Source: an uncultured marine group III euryarchaeote (GTDB taxonomy: Archaea; Thermoplasmatota; Poseidoniia; MGIII; CG-Epi1). From it: a stretch of 64,000 nt of DNA. The stretch lies in assembly GCA_902627615.1 (NCBI GenBank), contig CACOJW010000005.1, forward strand, positions 32,774 to 96,773, written 5' to 3'. Below the pieces are notes generated by a model that worked only from the letters and a program-made list of their open reading frames with translations, had not been told where the DNA came from and searched no databases. Shown in pieces: positions 12,638-21,588 of this stretch. The position numbers and the translations under genes are program-made. Every line of letters begins with the position of its first letter. The first letter of the stretch is position 1.

Positions 12638-13554
12638 AATGAACTTTCAATGTCAACTAATTCAAAATAATAAGCTTGTAAATTAGAAACCAATGAATTG
12701 TCAGGCAAAACTGCCAACTCATGGTTGTCTACCTCTGAAACAGGGACAACCCCCCCAAAAGTTCCGGTAACAAAAGCCTCATCACATTCATAAACTTCTG
12801 AAAGTGTAAAATTTTTCTCGTATATTGAAATTGACTTATCTTTACAAATATCTATAATATTCTGTCTAGTAATTCCATGAAGGCAATAATCCCCAGTAGA
12901 AGTCCAAACTGAATTATCTTTTACCATGAAAAAATGTGTAGAATTACAAGTTGAAACATATCCGTGAGGGTCTAACATCAATCCCTCGTCGCCACCTTTT
13001 CTATGGGCATCGATGCAGGCTTGAATACAATTGAATTTGCTCAGGCTATTAATCCTGTGATCCTGGACATTTTGATTACCTCTGATTATATCTACTGAAA
13101 CTAATTTTATTCCTTTCTTTTGAGTTTCTAAAGAGGGTTTTTTGTACTCAGGAATTACAACAATGGTTGGACCAGTTATTGTGAAACTAGGATCTTGATA
13201 TGGTGTTGATTTAATACCTCTTGAAACTATGAGGCGGATATGTACACCAGTATCCATTTCATTTTTTTGAACTGTCTTGTACAGTATTGATTTAATTTCA
13301 TCAATTGTTTTTCCTACATCCATATCAATCTTTGATGCGCCCCAAAATAGTCTCTCTAGATGCTCATCAAGAAAAAGAAATTTACCATTATGAAATCTAA
13401 TTCCTTCCCATACACCATCTCCCAACAAGAATCCACTATCAAAAACAGATATTGTTGCATCTTGTCTCGGAAAAAAATCTCCATTAATGTAAATCAAAAC
13501 TTCGGAATTGCGTAAATCTTCAACGTAATCATGAGTACCTCTCTTACCTGTCAT
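12634..13554 (-). CDS. Class IV (D-amino-acid / branched-chain) aminotransferase
   Basis: 'FGDGVWEGIRF'-type N-terminus ('LLGDGVWEGIRFHNG'), lysine context 'SLSKFNC', 'LHGITRQNII', 'DEAFVTGTFGGVVPV'. Confidence 0.8.
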   Translation of the reverse strand: MTGKRGTHDYVEDLRNSEVLIYINGDFFPRQDATISVFDSGFLLGDGVWEGIRFHNGKFLFLDEHLERLFWGASKIDMDVGKTIDEIKSILYKTVQKNEMDTGVHIRLIVSRGIKSTPYQDPSFTITGPTIVVIPEYKKPSLETQKKGIKLVSVDIIRGNQNVQDHRINSLSKFNCIQACIDAHRKGGDEGLMLDPHGYVSTCNSTHFFMVKDNSVWTSTGDYCLHGITRQNIIDICKDKSISIYEKNFTLSEVYECDEAFVTGTFGGVVPVSEVDNHELAVLPDNSLVSNLQAYYFELVDIESSL

Positions 13555-14482
13555 TAACTAACTCCACAACATCTTCAGCACAACCCCATGAAAGAGTGAC
13601 ACCTGAACCTCCATGCCCATAATTATGAATCAAAGGCTTACCAGAAACCATTTCTTTCTCCAATCTAACAGATGATCTTCCAGGCCTTAAACCAACAAGT
13701 TCTTCAATAATATCTGCTTCCTTTAATTCAGGTATTAATTTGGAGCATTTTTCTAGGATAAAATCTCTATCTTCTTCAGAAATATCCAAATCCCAATTAT
13801 TTTGCTGGGCTACACCGCCTAAAATCATATCGTTACTCCTTGGAACAATGTAGGCAAGAGTAGGTATTTGCTGATCTAAGTGCATTTCTTCAATATTGGA
13901 TTTAATTCTTAATATTTGTCCCCTTATAGGATATACTTCTTCATCTTCAACAAGCTTACCTGCATCGAGCCCCGTGCAGTTAATTACTATTTCAAAATCT
14001 TCAGGAAGTTCTACAAAATCCGATATTGTTTTGTGCACCAAATTACCCCCAAGACTAACGTATTTATTTGACAACCACTCAAGATACATTGGCATTTCAA
14101 TTACTGAACTAATAAAGGAAAAACATTCCACATAATCTGAAGGTAAATTGTCGCTTAATCTTTGAAAATTATCCACTGAATTTCTCCAAGAAGGATCTGG
14201 TTGTTTTTCTCTAAAATATTCATATGTTTGAGTCATCACAATACCTGTATCTGGATTATGCGATAACTCTTTCAAAATATCATAAGTCCTAGATCCCCAT
14301 GCATCTGTTTTTTCTACGGGTGCTGAAAGGAAAGGATACCAAAGGGCTGCTGCAACATCTGATGTAGTATTTGGTGAAAACTTTGAAGACCAAATAGAAA
14401 CATCCCATCCGTCTTCCAATAACCTTATTCCTGTAGAGAGCCCAATAACTCCTGCACCAACTACTAGAACGTTTTTAGACAT
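13544..14482 (-). CDS. FAD-dependent D-amino-acid oxidase (DAAO family)
   Basis: Collinear with the eukaryotic DAO signature: 'VLVVGAGVIGLSTG', 'TSDVAAALWYPF', 'PDPSWRNSV', 'IVINCTGLDAG', 'GLRPGRSSVRLEKE', 'LIHNYGHGGSGVTLSWGCA'. Confidence 0.85.
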   Translation of the reverse strand: MSKNVLVVGAGVIGLSTGIRLLEDGWDVSIWSSKFSPNTTSDVAAALWYPFLSAPVEKTDAWGSRTYDILKELSHNPDTGIVMTQTYEYFREKQPDPSWRNSVDNFQRLSDNLPSDYVECFSFISSVIEMPMYLEWLSNKYVSLGGNLVHKTISDFVELPEDFEIVINCTGLDAGKLVEDEEVYPIRGQILRIKSNIEEMHLDQQIPTLAYIVPRSNDMILGGVAQQNNWDLDISEEDRDFILEKCSKLIPELKEADIIEELVGLRPGRSSVRLEKEMVSGKPLIHNYGHGGSGVTLSWGCAEDVVELVNDR

Positions 14483-14506
14483 AAAAAATCAAACTCTAAC
14501 CAATAA

Positions 14507-15199
14507 TTAATTCGTCACAGCACTATCTAATGAAGACGTGTGGTTAGGGCTCTCTTTGCCTGGCTCAAAATAAGAAATCATGCAACTATCATCAACTTTA
14601 AAAATTAAAGTATCTCTATCATTAAAATTTATTGATAGACTCAAAAGCAATTCATTAAAGCCCTCTAATTGATGCGAAACTATATCCTTACTCTTTAGGT
14701 TATTGTATTTTTTTCTAAGAGCTTCTATAGCCATTGGTATTTCGGTAGTTGACTCAATAATATCAACGATTTCAGTATAAGCTTTACCATAAGGATTATG
14801 CGTAGTTGATTTTCTTTTATCAAAAAAATATTCGGGAGGTTTCAAAAATATCTTTAAAGATAATAGTTTCTTATTGATATGCTTAAATCTATCCTCACAA
14901 AATTTATTTAAAAATGACATTTCTAATATTTTAATATTAGTTTCAGTGGCCTTGTACCATTTAACAAAATTCGAATGATTTTTCTGATTTTTATTAATAA
15001 AGGAATCTTTCATTTTCTTTTCTTTTTCCCACACCGGAGCATTAGCTGAATAATACCAAATTATTCCAATAAAAATTGAAAGAAAGAAAAATATAGCAAA
15101 ATACTCAATGATTATGGTTACAATCCAGTATAATATAGCTACTATGAAGATACCAAGCCAAAAAAAAGCAGTTACTGCGTCATCACTATTACTAGACAT
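14507..15199 (-). CDS. Hypothetical membrane protein (2 N-terminal TM helices plus a soluble domain)
   Basis: Hydrophobic 'FFWLGIFIVAILYWIVTIIIEYFAIFFFLSIFIGIIWYY'. It lies 9 nt downstream of the preceding gene. No recognisable motif. Confidence 0.5.
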   Translation of the reverse strand: MSSNSDDAVTAFFWLGIFIVAILYWIVTIIIEYFAIFFFLSIFIGIIWYYSANAPVWEKEKKMKDSFINKNQKNHSNFVKWYKATETNIKILEMSFLNKFCEDRFKHINKKLLSLKIFLKPPEYFFDKRKSTTHNPYGKAYTEIVDIIESTTEIPMAIEALRKKYNNLKSKDIVSHQLEGFNELLLSLSINFNDRDTLIFKVDDSCMISYFEPGKESPNHTSSLDSAVTN

Positions 15200-15208
15200 A
15201 ACTCGTAT

Positions 15209-15979
15209 CTATGATAACAGCTCCTTTTTTAAATTTTCGAATTCTGCTCCATTTATTTCTCCATTATTTCGCATCTTAATCAGCCTTTCTAACTGTTCAA
15301 CTTTCGAATATGGTCCGCTCTCTAGATCTAAGGATATTTTGGAATCACTTTCGGTCGATATACCTACCTGAAGTTTTTTTTGCTTCTCATCTTCTACTCT
15401 TTTTTTTAACTGAGCTTCCGCAAATTGATTTTCTATACCTTCCTTTGATTGGAGATAGGCTATTTTTTCACAATATGCCCTTAACCCTTTAGTGGCATTT
15501 TTAGAATATTGTCTTTTTGTATATTCTTTTATATCTTTTTCTGTTACTAATCTATTTTTCAAAAACCAAGTTTTTTGGTTATGAGACCAACGGAAACCGA
15601 ATTTTTTTAGATGATTTCTAACGCTAGCCATATCTCCAGGGTATGCACACCTGATATAGGTGTCATTACCAACGTGCTTTATCTCCAATTCAACTTGCCG
15701 AGGCATACCGCCTTGATCGTAAACACCAAACAACCAGCGCCATCTTACAGCATCCGCTGAATCATCTAGTTGTTCCGTCCAATAGTTTTCTTCATCTTTC
15801 AACAACCTAAGCAACTTATCTTGAAGTGTAGTATCATTAAGATACATTTCTCCTATCTCAGATTCAACATAGGAACGTATCTCTGAGTAACGGGATGGAT
15901 TACCAAAATCAATTCCGTCACCGCGTATGCTATTGCTGTTTCCCCAGAAGCCCATAGTAAATGAGGGGTGCCGAACCAC
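15209..15979 (-). CDS. Hypothetical protein with C-terminal SHOCT-like tail
   Basis: C-terminus 'VEQLERLIKMRNNGEINGAEFENLKKELLS' fits the SHOCT short C-terminal domain pattern. The start is GTG at 15979 or ATG at 15955. Confidence 0.5.
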   Translation of the reverse strand: MVRHPSFTMGFWGNSNSIRGDGIDFGNPSRYSEIRSYVESEIGEMYLNDTTLQDKLLRLLKDEENYWTEQLDDSADAVRWRWLFGVYDQGGMPRQVELEIKHVGNDTYIRCAYPGDMASVRNHLKKFGFRWSHNQKTWFLKNRLVTEKDIKEYTKRQYSKNATKGLRAYCEKIAYLQSKEGIENQFAEAQLKKRVEDEKQKKLQVGISTESDSKISLDLESGPYSKVEQLERLIKMRNNGEINGAEFENLKKELLS

Positions 15980-16092
15980 TCCCGTTCAGACACCCTTTGT
16001 TATAGTTTTGGTAATGCTTTACCACCATCATTTTCCCGAAGGAATCATTTGGAGTGCATCATTGCCATACTGTAGCACTTATAAAAGAATAT

Positions 16093-17385
16093 TTACACCC
16101 TTATTTCTGCATGAATTATTTTGAATTGGGCAGAACCATGAATCAGCGGATATTTAACTAAAGGCACCTCATGTCTTATCAAAAATAAAATATGCCCTGC
16201 GCTAACATAATTTTTTACTCTTTCATCAGGTGATTTAATCAATTTGACAAAGTCTGCTGGTTTCTGGATTTCTTTCATTTCACTATTAACTAAAGGACCC
16301 ATTCTAAGAGAAACTCTGCCGAATTTTCCTAATTGCGTAGCTGAATTACTGCCAGTATAATCCAAAATTTTTTGATATCTGTTCCTCTGCACTGTCTTCA
16401 AACTTATTGCTTGTATTTCATTTCCCGAACTAAAAAGATAGATGTCTGTAAGACGATATTTTGCGATTGCTTTTTCAAGCTTTCTAACTACCTTACTAAA
16501 TTTTTGATTCTTAAAAGATAGCAAAATTGCATGTCGCCCCTTAGTCCCTAAGACCGAACTTATTACATATGTTGAATACACAACTCGTTTTACTGGTTTA
16601 ATCTCAATTTTTTTAGAAAATATGGAAGGTAATGTTAAAAATTTAGGCCATGTAAACCTTGGAATGTTTACTGAATTTGGTAAACGAGGTATATCTGATA
16701 TCCAATTAATTACAGGTTGATTTATCTGGGACCGAGTCAGCAGAGTACAAGTATATCCTGTTTTTGAATTTATAGTACCAGGTAATCGTATTATTCTTCT
16801 AGTATCGACAGTTACAGATGAATCGATTGTTATCCCTTGTTCCTTTATTTTATCTACCAACTCTCTTCTGACCTTAATTATTTCCATTTCTCTCTCAAAT
16901 GGATCTGCAATTGAAACACTTTTCTCATCTTCATATATTACATGAAATCCCTTACTGCCGCTGAAAGCTATATACTTCAATGAATAGCCAGTTTTATCCA
17001 TAAAATCAATTAATCTTTTACAATCCTTACGAGTCTTTTCTAGATTTCTAATAGATAGAGGCTCTCTATCTAAATCAAAAGCAATATCATTATTCAAAAC
17101 AATACCTGATTTTGTAAAAATAGTTCTTTCTTTGCCACGGGGCCCTAATGTTGTAGGATTTAGATAGGTTGATGTAGAGTAATACACGTCTCTAGGACTT
17201 AGATTAACTAACTTCTTTTTCATATCCTCTGTATCATATATACGATCTTTAATTTTTAAGAATTTATTTGATGATGAAATAATTCGAAAATGCCTTTTAG
17301 AGCAGTCTGTTAAAAACGATAAATCAATTGTGTTATTAGAATAAAACCTACTGAAAATATTTTCTTCACTATTTCTATTAACCAT
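16093..17385 (-). CDS. Archaeo-eukaryotic primase catalytic subunit-like protein (PriS-like) with about 170-aa C-terminal extension
   Basis: AEP motifs I 'IAFDLDRE', II 'IAFSGSKGFHVIYED' and III 'SVTVDTRRIIRLPGTINSKTGY', plus the PriS-like N-terminus 'SPRDVYYSTSTYLNP'. Confidence 0.65.
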   Translation of the reverse strand: MVNRNSEENIFSRFYSNNTIDLSFLTDCSKRHFRIISSSNKFLKIKDRIYDTEDMKKKLVNLSPRDVYYSTSTYLNPTTLGPRGKERTIFTKSGIVLNNDIAFDLDREPLSIRNLEKTRKDCKRLIDFMDKTGYSLKYIAFSGSKGFHVIYEDEKSVSIADPFEREMEIIKVRRELVDKIKEQGITIDSSVTVDTRRIIRLPGTINSKTGYTCTLLTRSQINQPVINWISDIPRLPNSVNIPRFTWPKFLTLPSIFSKKIEIKPVKRVVYSTYVISSVLGTKGRHAILLSFKNQKFSKVVRKLEKAIAKYRLTDIYLFSSGNEIQAISLKTVQRNRYQKILDYTGSNSATQLGKFGRVSLRMGPLVNSEMKEIQKPADFVKLIKSPDERVKNYVSAGHILFLIRHEVPLVKYPLIHGSAQFKIIHAEIRV

Positions 17386-18220
17386 TTTTAATATTAAAAT
17401 AGGAACTCAATTCTTCATTAAGCTCCTCTGTCATAATTTCTAAACCTGTGCAATCTACTTTCTTTCTTTTCAGTTCAGATAAGCGTAAGACAAATATATC
17501 TTTTACAGCTTTTATATGATTCATCTGAACACGAACTACATCGCCTTTTCTCTTAAGATTATTGTAAATAGCAATTGCTTGGACAAAGCCATTTTCAGCC
17601 TCCCATTTAGATGCAGTCCTCATTTCTCTTGATTCAAAATCCCATATTTCTCCAAAATTAGCTATTGGTGCCCTATCAAAGGAGCTCGCGGATCGAGACA
17701 TTGCTCCATCGTAACTAGGCTCGCCACGTTGCCCTAATGTTCGCGTCATATCATATAGATAAATTAGTATTCCTAAACCCCATAAAATACAACAAATAAC
17801 ACAAACCAAAAGACGATTACTATTGTAGCCTATATCATGATGCCTCTTTAGAGATACTACACAAAAAGGGTAAAGTAATAAAATCCAAACAAGAAGAAAT
17901 TGGTGAAGGATTGGGTTTGTATACTCAATATAATCTGCATCACAATTTATAACGGCACTATTGCTCTCCCAGTTACTTTGCCAATAATCTGAAGTACCTG
18001 TACATCTTTCCATAAAATCGTCATAGTATGAAGATGATGAGACTGTATACAATTTCCAAAAATAATAATACCAGATAAGAGTTATGTATAACCAAAACCA
18101 AAACCAAGTTCGAACATTAATTCTCCCATTTGGTGAAAAATAAATATATAGAACATAAGATCTTGGATTTGTTACTGAACGAGGATCCCACCAACTAGAT
18201 AGTTGCCACCACTTGCTCAA
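17378..18220 (-). CDS. DUF805-like membrane protein with C-terminal helical extension
   Basis: 'NGRINVRTWFWFWL', 'LKRHHDIGYNSN' and 'GQRGEPSYDG' fit the DUF805 pattern (GRIxR...RRLHDxG...G.N.YG). 8-nt overlap with the primase-like gene. Confidence 0.55.
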   Translation of the reverse strand: MSKWWQLSSWWDPRSVTNPRSYVLYIYFSPNGRINVRTWFWFWLYITLIWYYYFWKLYTVSSSSYYDDFMERCTGTSDYWQSNWESNSAVINCDADYIEYTNPILHQFLLVWILLLYPFCVVSLKRHHDIGYNSNRLLVCVICCILWGLGILIYLYDMTRTLGQRGEPSYDGAMSRSASSFDRAPIANFGEIWDFESREMRTASKWEAENGFVQAIAIYNNLKRKGDVVRVQMNHIKAVKDIFVLRLSELKRKKVDCTGLEIMTEELNEELSSYFNIKNG

Positions 18221-18244
18221 AATAAACCCCCCCTAAAAAGTAAT

Positions 18245-18961
18245 TCAAACATTAAAACTATTAAGCTCCAACCTCAAAACTTCTAGATTAGAATAAAGAT
18301 CCTCACAAGTAATACCTTTGTCAGCCATTCTTTCAGATTGCTTTTCTAAACTATTTAAAAGAAAAATTAAATGATTTCTCTTAGCTAACTTAGCTCTTTT
18401 TTTATCTTTTAATATTTCGTATTTTTTAATTGCTGTAAAATAATCATTTCTCTCTAAACTGAATATTGCTTCCCTCTGTAGTTTTTCCCTTCTATCTTTA
18501 AAGTTGTAAATATTAGGAACTGGACCATGCTCATTAGTATGTGGCTCACCTTTTTTGAAACTACAATATAATCCTAAAGCTAAAAATCCTATAAAATAAA
18601 GTATGCTACTTACAAAACTAAAAAATATTATTACTCCAGAAGAATCTTGATCATGACCTATATCTTTCAATCTTTTATAAGAAAGGGCAAAAAAAGGGAA
18701 AAAAGATAAAAAAACCGTTAAATAAAAGAATGAATAAAAAATAAAATAGTAAAAATTAAACCCTAATAAAATATAAAACACTAAATCGAGAAATAAAATG
18801 GCAAATAAATTAATTAAAGAAATTGCTACTATTGATAAAGCATGCGAAACCACCCCTCTGCGAAAATCTGAAGGTCCTATTCTCCCTTTCCAAGAATAAA
18901 GCAAATAGTTATTGTAACTCCATGCTGAATCAACATTCCTAGGTTCAATAAATTCAAACAT
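18245..18961 (-). CDS. DUF805-like membrane protein with C-terminal helical extension (paralogue of 17378..18220)
   Basis: 'KGRIGPSDFRRGV', 'YKRLKDIGHDQDSSG', 'KKGEPHTNEHGP'. The C-terminal tail is alignable with that of its neighbour ('AI..Y..LK.K....NH'). Confidence 0.55.
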   Translation of the reverse strand: MFEFIEPRNVDSAWSYNNYLLYSWKGRIGPSDFRRGVVSHALSIVAISLINLFAILFLDLVFYILLGFNFYYFIFYSFFYLTVFLSFFPFFALSYKRLKDIGHDQDSSGVIIFFSFVSSILYFIGFLALGLYCSFKKGEPHTNEHGPVPNIYNFKDRREKLQREAIFSLERNDYFTAIKKYEILKDKKRAKLAKRNHLIFLLNSLEKQSERMADKGITCEDLYSNLEVLRLELNSFNV

Positions 18962-18970
18962 AAAGACTAC

Positions 18971-21496
18971 TTATTTGCCTGTCTGACTTTTATGAATTAT
19001 ACTGTCTTCGACGTTTGCGCTACCATCACTACCAATATTAGATTTACTAATAACTGAATCCTGTATATTGATCACATTATGAGTAGGCTCGGCACCTTCC
19101 AACCTAGACAATATTGAAGCTGCAACAGGTGCATCTCTGTGTTTAGAGGCCACCTCTCTAACCATTTCTATATCAACCTCCATATCTTTCAAATCGCTTA
19201 ATCTAAAGTTAGAAGTTAAGGTATCACACAGCTCAAGGAAAGAATTCTTTTCCCTCACAGGACTTTTGTTATATCTTTTCTTAATAGCTTCCCATGCATC
19301 ATCAATAGCATCTTTTTTCAATGTTTCAAACAAACCAGTATCTTCGAATTCCTTACGAATTTCCTGAATGTCTGACCTAAATGGATTGGCTGCACCCTGT
19401 CCCTGAAGTATATCTACCCAAGTATCGTGCGGAAATCTAACCAAACTTCCTTGACCTGATAAATAATCAACAGAACGATTGAACGTTCTCCTATCGTAAA
19501 CATCATCAAATTTTTCTTCCATTGGTTCATCAATTTCATCGGCAAATGCTCTCAGTAACTGCTCGTGACATCTCCTCTCTTCAACGTGATTTGCTAAGAA
19601 AATCAAACAACTCAATGTGTGCAAGCCTCCCGTTCTATATTCATTGCCAACCTTTAAGAGTCTTTGAAGAATCATAGTTACATATCCTGCCATTCCCTTC
19701 TGAGCATTTTCCTTCAGATAAGTTTGACTTAAACGTCGTACATCACTGTACACCATCTCTTTAATCAATGAACCCACATATATTGGACTTCCCTGCGCAT
19801 ATGAAACCAAGGTTTTAACTGCTTTAGTGTCAAACAATATTGTGTTCACATCTAAAGTTTTTAAAATTAAAGATTCCATTTCGTCATCGCTGAATCTTGG
19901 AACAGTTAAGCGTGTAAATTTCTTCCTAAAATCAACTGGCAATTCTGACCATTCAGCCTCTCTAGATGACAAAATTAAGCCACTCATTTTTTCTTTAGAT
20001 GCGATTACATTATACAAATCTGGTTTTTCGGAAATATCATCATAAAATAATCTAATCTTAAATTGCTCGTGAGCATTACCGATATTTTCATTAGTTATTA
20101 TTCCAACTGGTTCTCTCTCCATTAATTTATCAAAAATCTCGAACAAAAGAACAGTCTTACCAACACCTGGTTCTCCAATTATAACAAAATTATCTTCAAA
20201 GGAAGATTCAACAATATCTCTTACTATTTCCTTCCTTTTTGAATCCAGGTGTACATTTCCTCTAAGGTTTTTAGGAAGTGCCCAATCTTCCATGATAATT
20301 TTTGGATCTGTTGGAACTTCGAAGTATGACGAAATGGCATACTTATCTCTATTATTGTGTAAAAAATCTAAAATTACTTTGTTATTAGGATAGGCCATAT
20401 AAGATTCCCACCTTTTTGAAAAGAATTCTCCAACAATTGATTCTTCTTCAGATAAGTCTGTTGGAATTTCCCATTCCGGTTTTAGCTTAATGGCTTCTTC
20501 CTTAGGAATTTCTTCCTTAACCTTCTTTTGAGATTTAGATGGTGTATTAACAACGCCTGGCCGTTGAATCTCAACCCATATTTGTTCGTCTACACTTGTT
20601 TCCGCACTATCATATGATCTAACGGCATCAACTGTGACCTTTACCGGTATATTTCCTGGAGTCGAAGGTATAAGTCCTACTACTATTTCCTCAGAATTAC
20701 CTGGCGCTATCTCCCCAGTAGATAAAGAACCTCCTGAACCTGCAGAATTGATGCCATCAATAATTAAACCAACTGATTTTGCCTTAGCCTTACCTTTATT
20801 TTGTAGTAAAACAATAGCTCTATTAGATTCTCCAGAAACTAAATCATCGGGTAATGTCACCTTGATATCTGGCCTCCAACTATTAAGTGAATTTTTAACA
20901 GACTTTATAGCAGATTCCGAAACTTCAATACAACTTTTTAATTTGCGTTTCTCTAACAATTGCTCTGCAGATTCTTCCTCTGGTACAAATTTTTCTATTA
21001 GTATGTGGTCTTTAGCTTCTATTATCAATTCATTCAACTGAGAAACTAACCCCTGTGCTTGCTCGTAATCCCCTAACTGTGAACGCATCGCTTCATTATC
21101 TGATGAAATTAAGTTGTTTGCTTTCTTAAATTTACCAGCCATCATCATCTCATTTATTTCCGATTTCAAGTCTTCAAAACTAGTATCGTGAACTAACTCA
21201 AATGTATCCATCATTTCGTATAAATTCTTCGTATCCATATAGGCAGTTTTACAATTTTCAAGCTCATTGCCAAGACTTGAACCCAGTTTACCTGCAGAAA
21301 TATAATCACCTGAATTGAATGCATCCTTTACTTCTGTAATTTGATTATCCGATAATTCAAAGCCAAAATCTATTAATTCATCTGACAAAACTCGAACCCT
21401 ATCGAGCTTCTCTTTCGAATCATCAAATTCGTTTTCTAATTTATCGGCCTCTGCAATGGCCTCATTTAATTTTGAAAGCAATGATTCGTAAGTCAT
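18971..21496 (-). CDS. STAND/NACHT-like P-loop NTPase with N-terminal coiled coil and a tentative CARDB-like beta-sandwich
   Basis: Walker A 'VIIGEPGVGKTVLLFE', Walker B 'IRLFYDDI', 'LILSSREAEW' (STAND 'TSR'-like position), helical C-terminal region. The tail carries two 'DS[VI]IxKSxxG' copies. Confidence 0.6.
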   Translation of the reverse strand: MTYESLLSKLNEAIAEADKLENEFDDSKEKLDRVRVLSDELIDFGFELSDNQITEVKDAFNSGDYISAGKLGSSLGNELENCKTAYMDTKNLYEMMDTFELVHDTSFEDLKSEINEMMMAGKFKKANNLISSDNEAMRSQLGDYEQAQGLVSQLNELIIEAKDHILIEKFVPEEESAEQLLEKRKLKSCIEVSESAIKSVKNSLNSWRPDIKVTLPDDLVSGESNRAIVLLQNKGKAKAKSVGLIIDGINSAGSGGSLSTGEIAPGNSEEIVVGLIPSTPGNIPVKVTVDAVRSYDSAETSVDEQIWVEIQRPGVVNTPSKSQKKVKEEIPKEEAIKLKPEWEIPTDLSEEESIVGEFFSKRWESYMAYPNNKVILDFLHNNRDKYAISSYFEVPTDPKIIMEDWALPKNLRGNVHLDSKRKEIVRDIVESSFEDNFVIIGEPGVGKTVLLFEIFDKLMEREPVGIITNENIGNAHEQFKIRLFYDDISEKPDLYNVIASKEKMSGLILSSREAEWSELPVDFRKKFTRLTVPRFSDDEMESLILKTLDVNTILFDTKAVKTLVSYAQGSPIYVGSLIKEMVYSDVRRLSQTYLKENAQKGMAGYVTMILQRLLKVGNEYRTGGLHTLSCLIFLANHVEERRCHEQLLRAFADEIDEPMEEKFDDVYDRRTFNRSVDYLSGQGSLVRFPHDTWVDILQGQGAANPFRSDIQEIRKEFEDTGLFETLKKDAIDDAWEAIKKRYNKSPVREKNSFLELCDTLTSNFRLSDLKDMEVDIEMVREVASKHRDAPVAASILSRLEGAEPTHNVINIQDSVISKSNIGSDGSANVEDSIIHKSQTGK

Positions 21497-21588
21497 AAAC
21501 TTAAATATTTAAACGGAATATAATATTTTGCCTTTGCTGTGCACTAAGCAACAATATAAAGACCAAGAGAAATTGGCTACTAAGATAA

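Noticed and set aside
21501-21512. 12-bp perfect palindromes TTAAATATTTAA (21501-21512) and TTTAACGTTAAA (42769-42780).
   Set aside because: Short AT palindromes are expected by chance in AT-rich spacers. They may simply be TATA-like elements.
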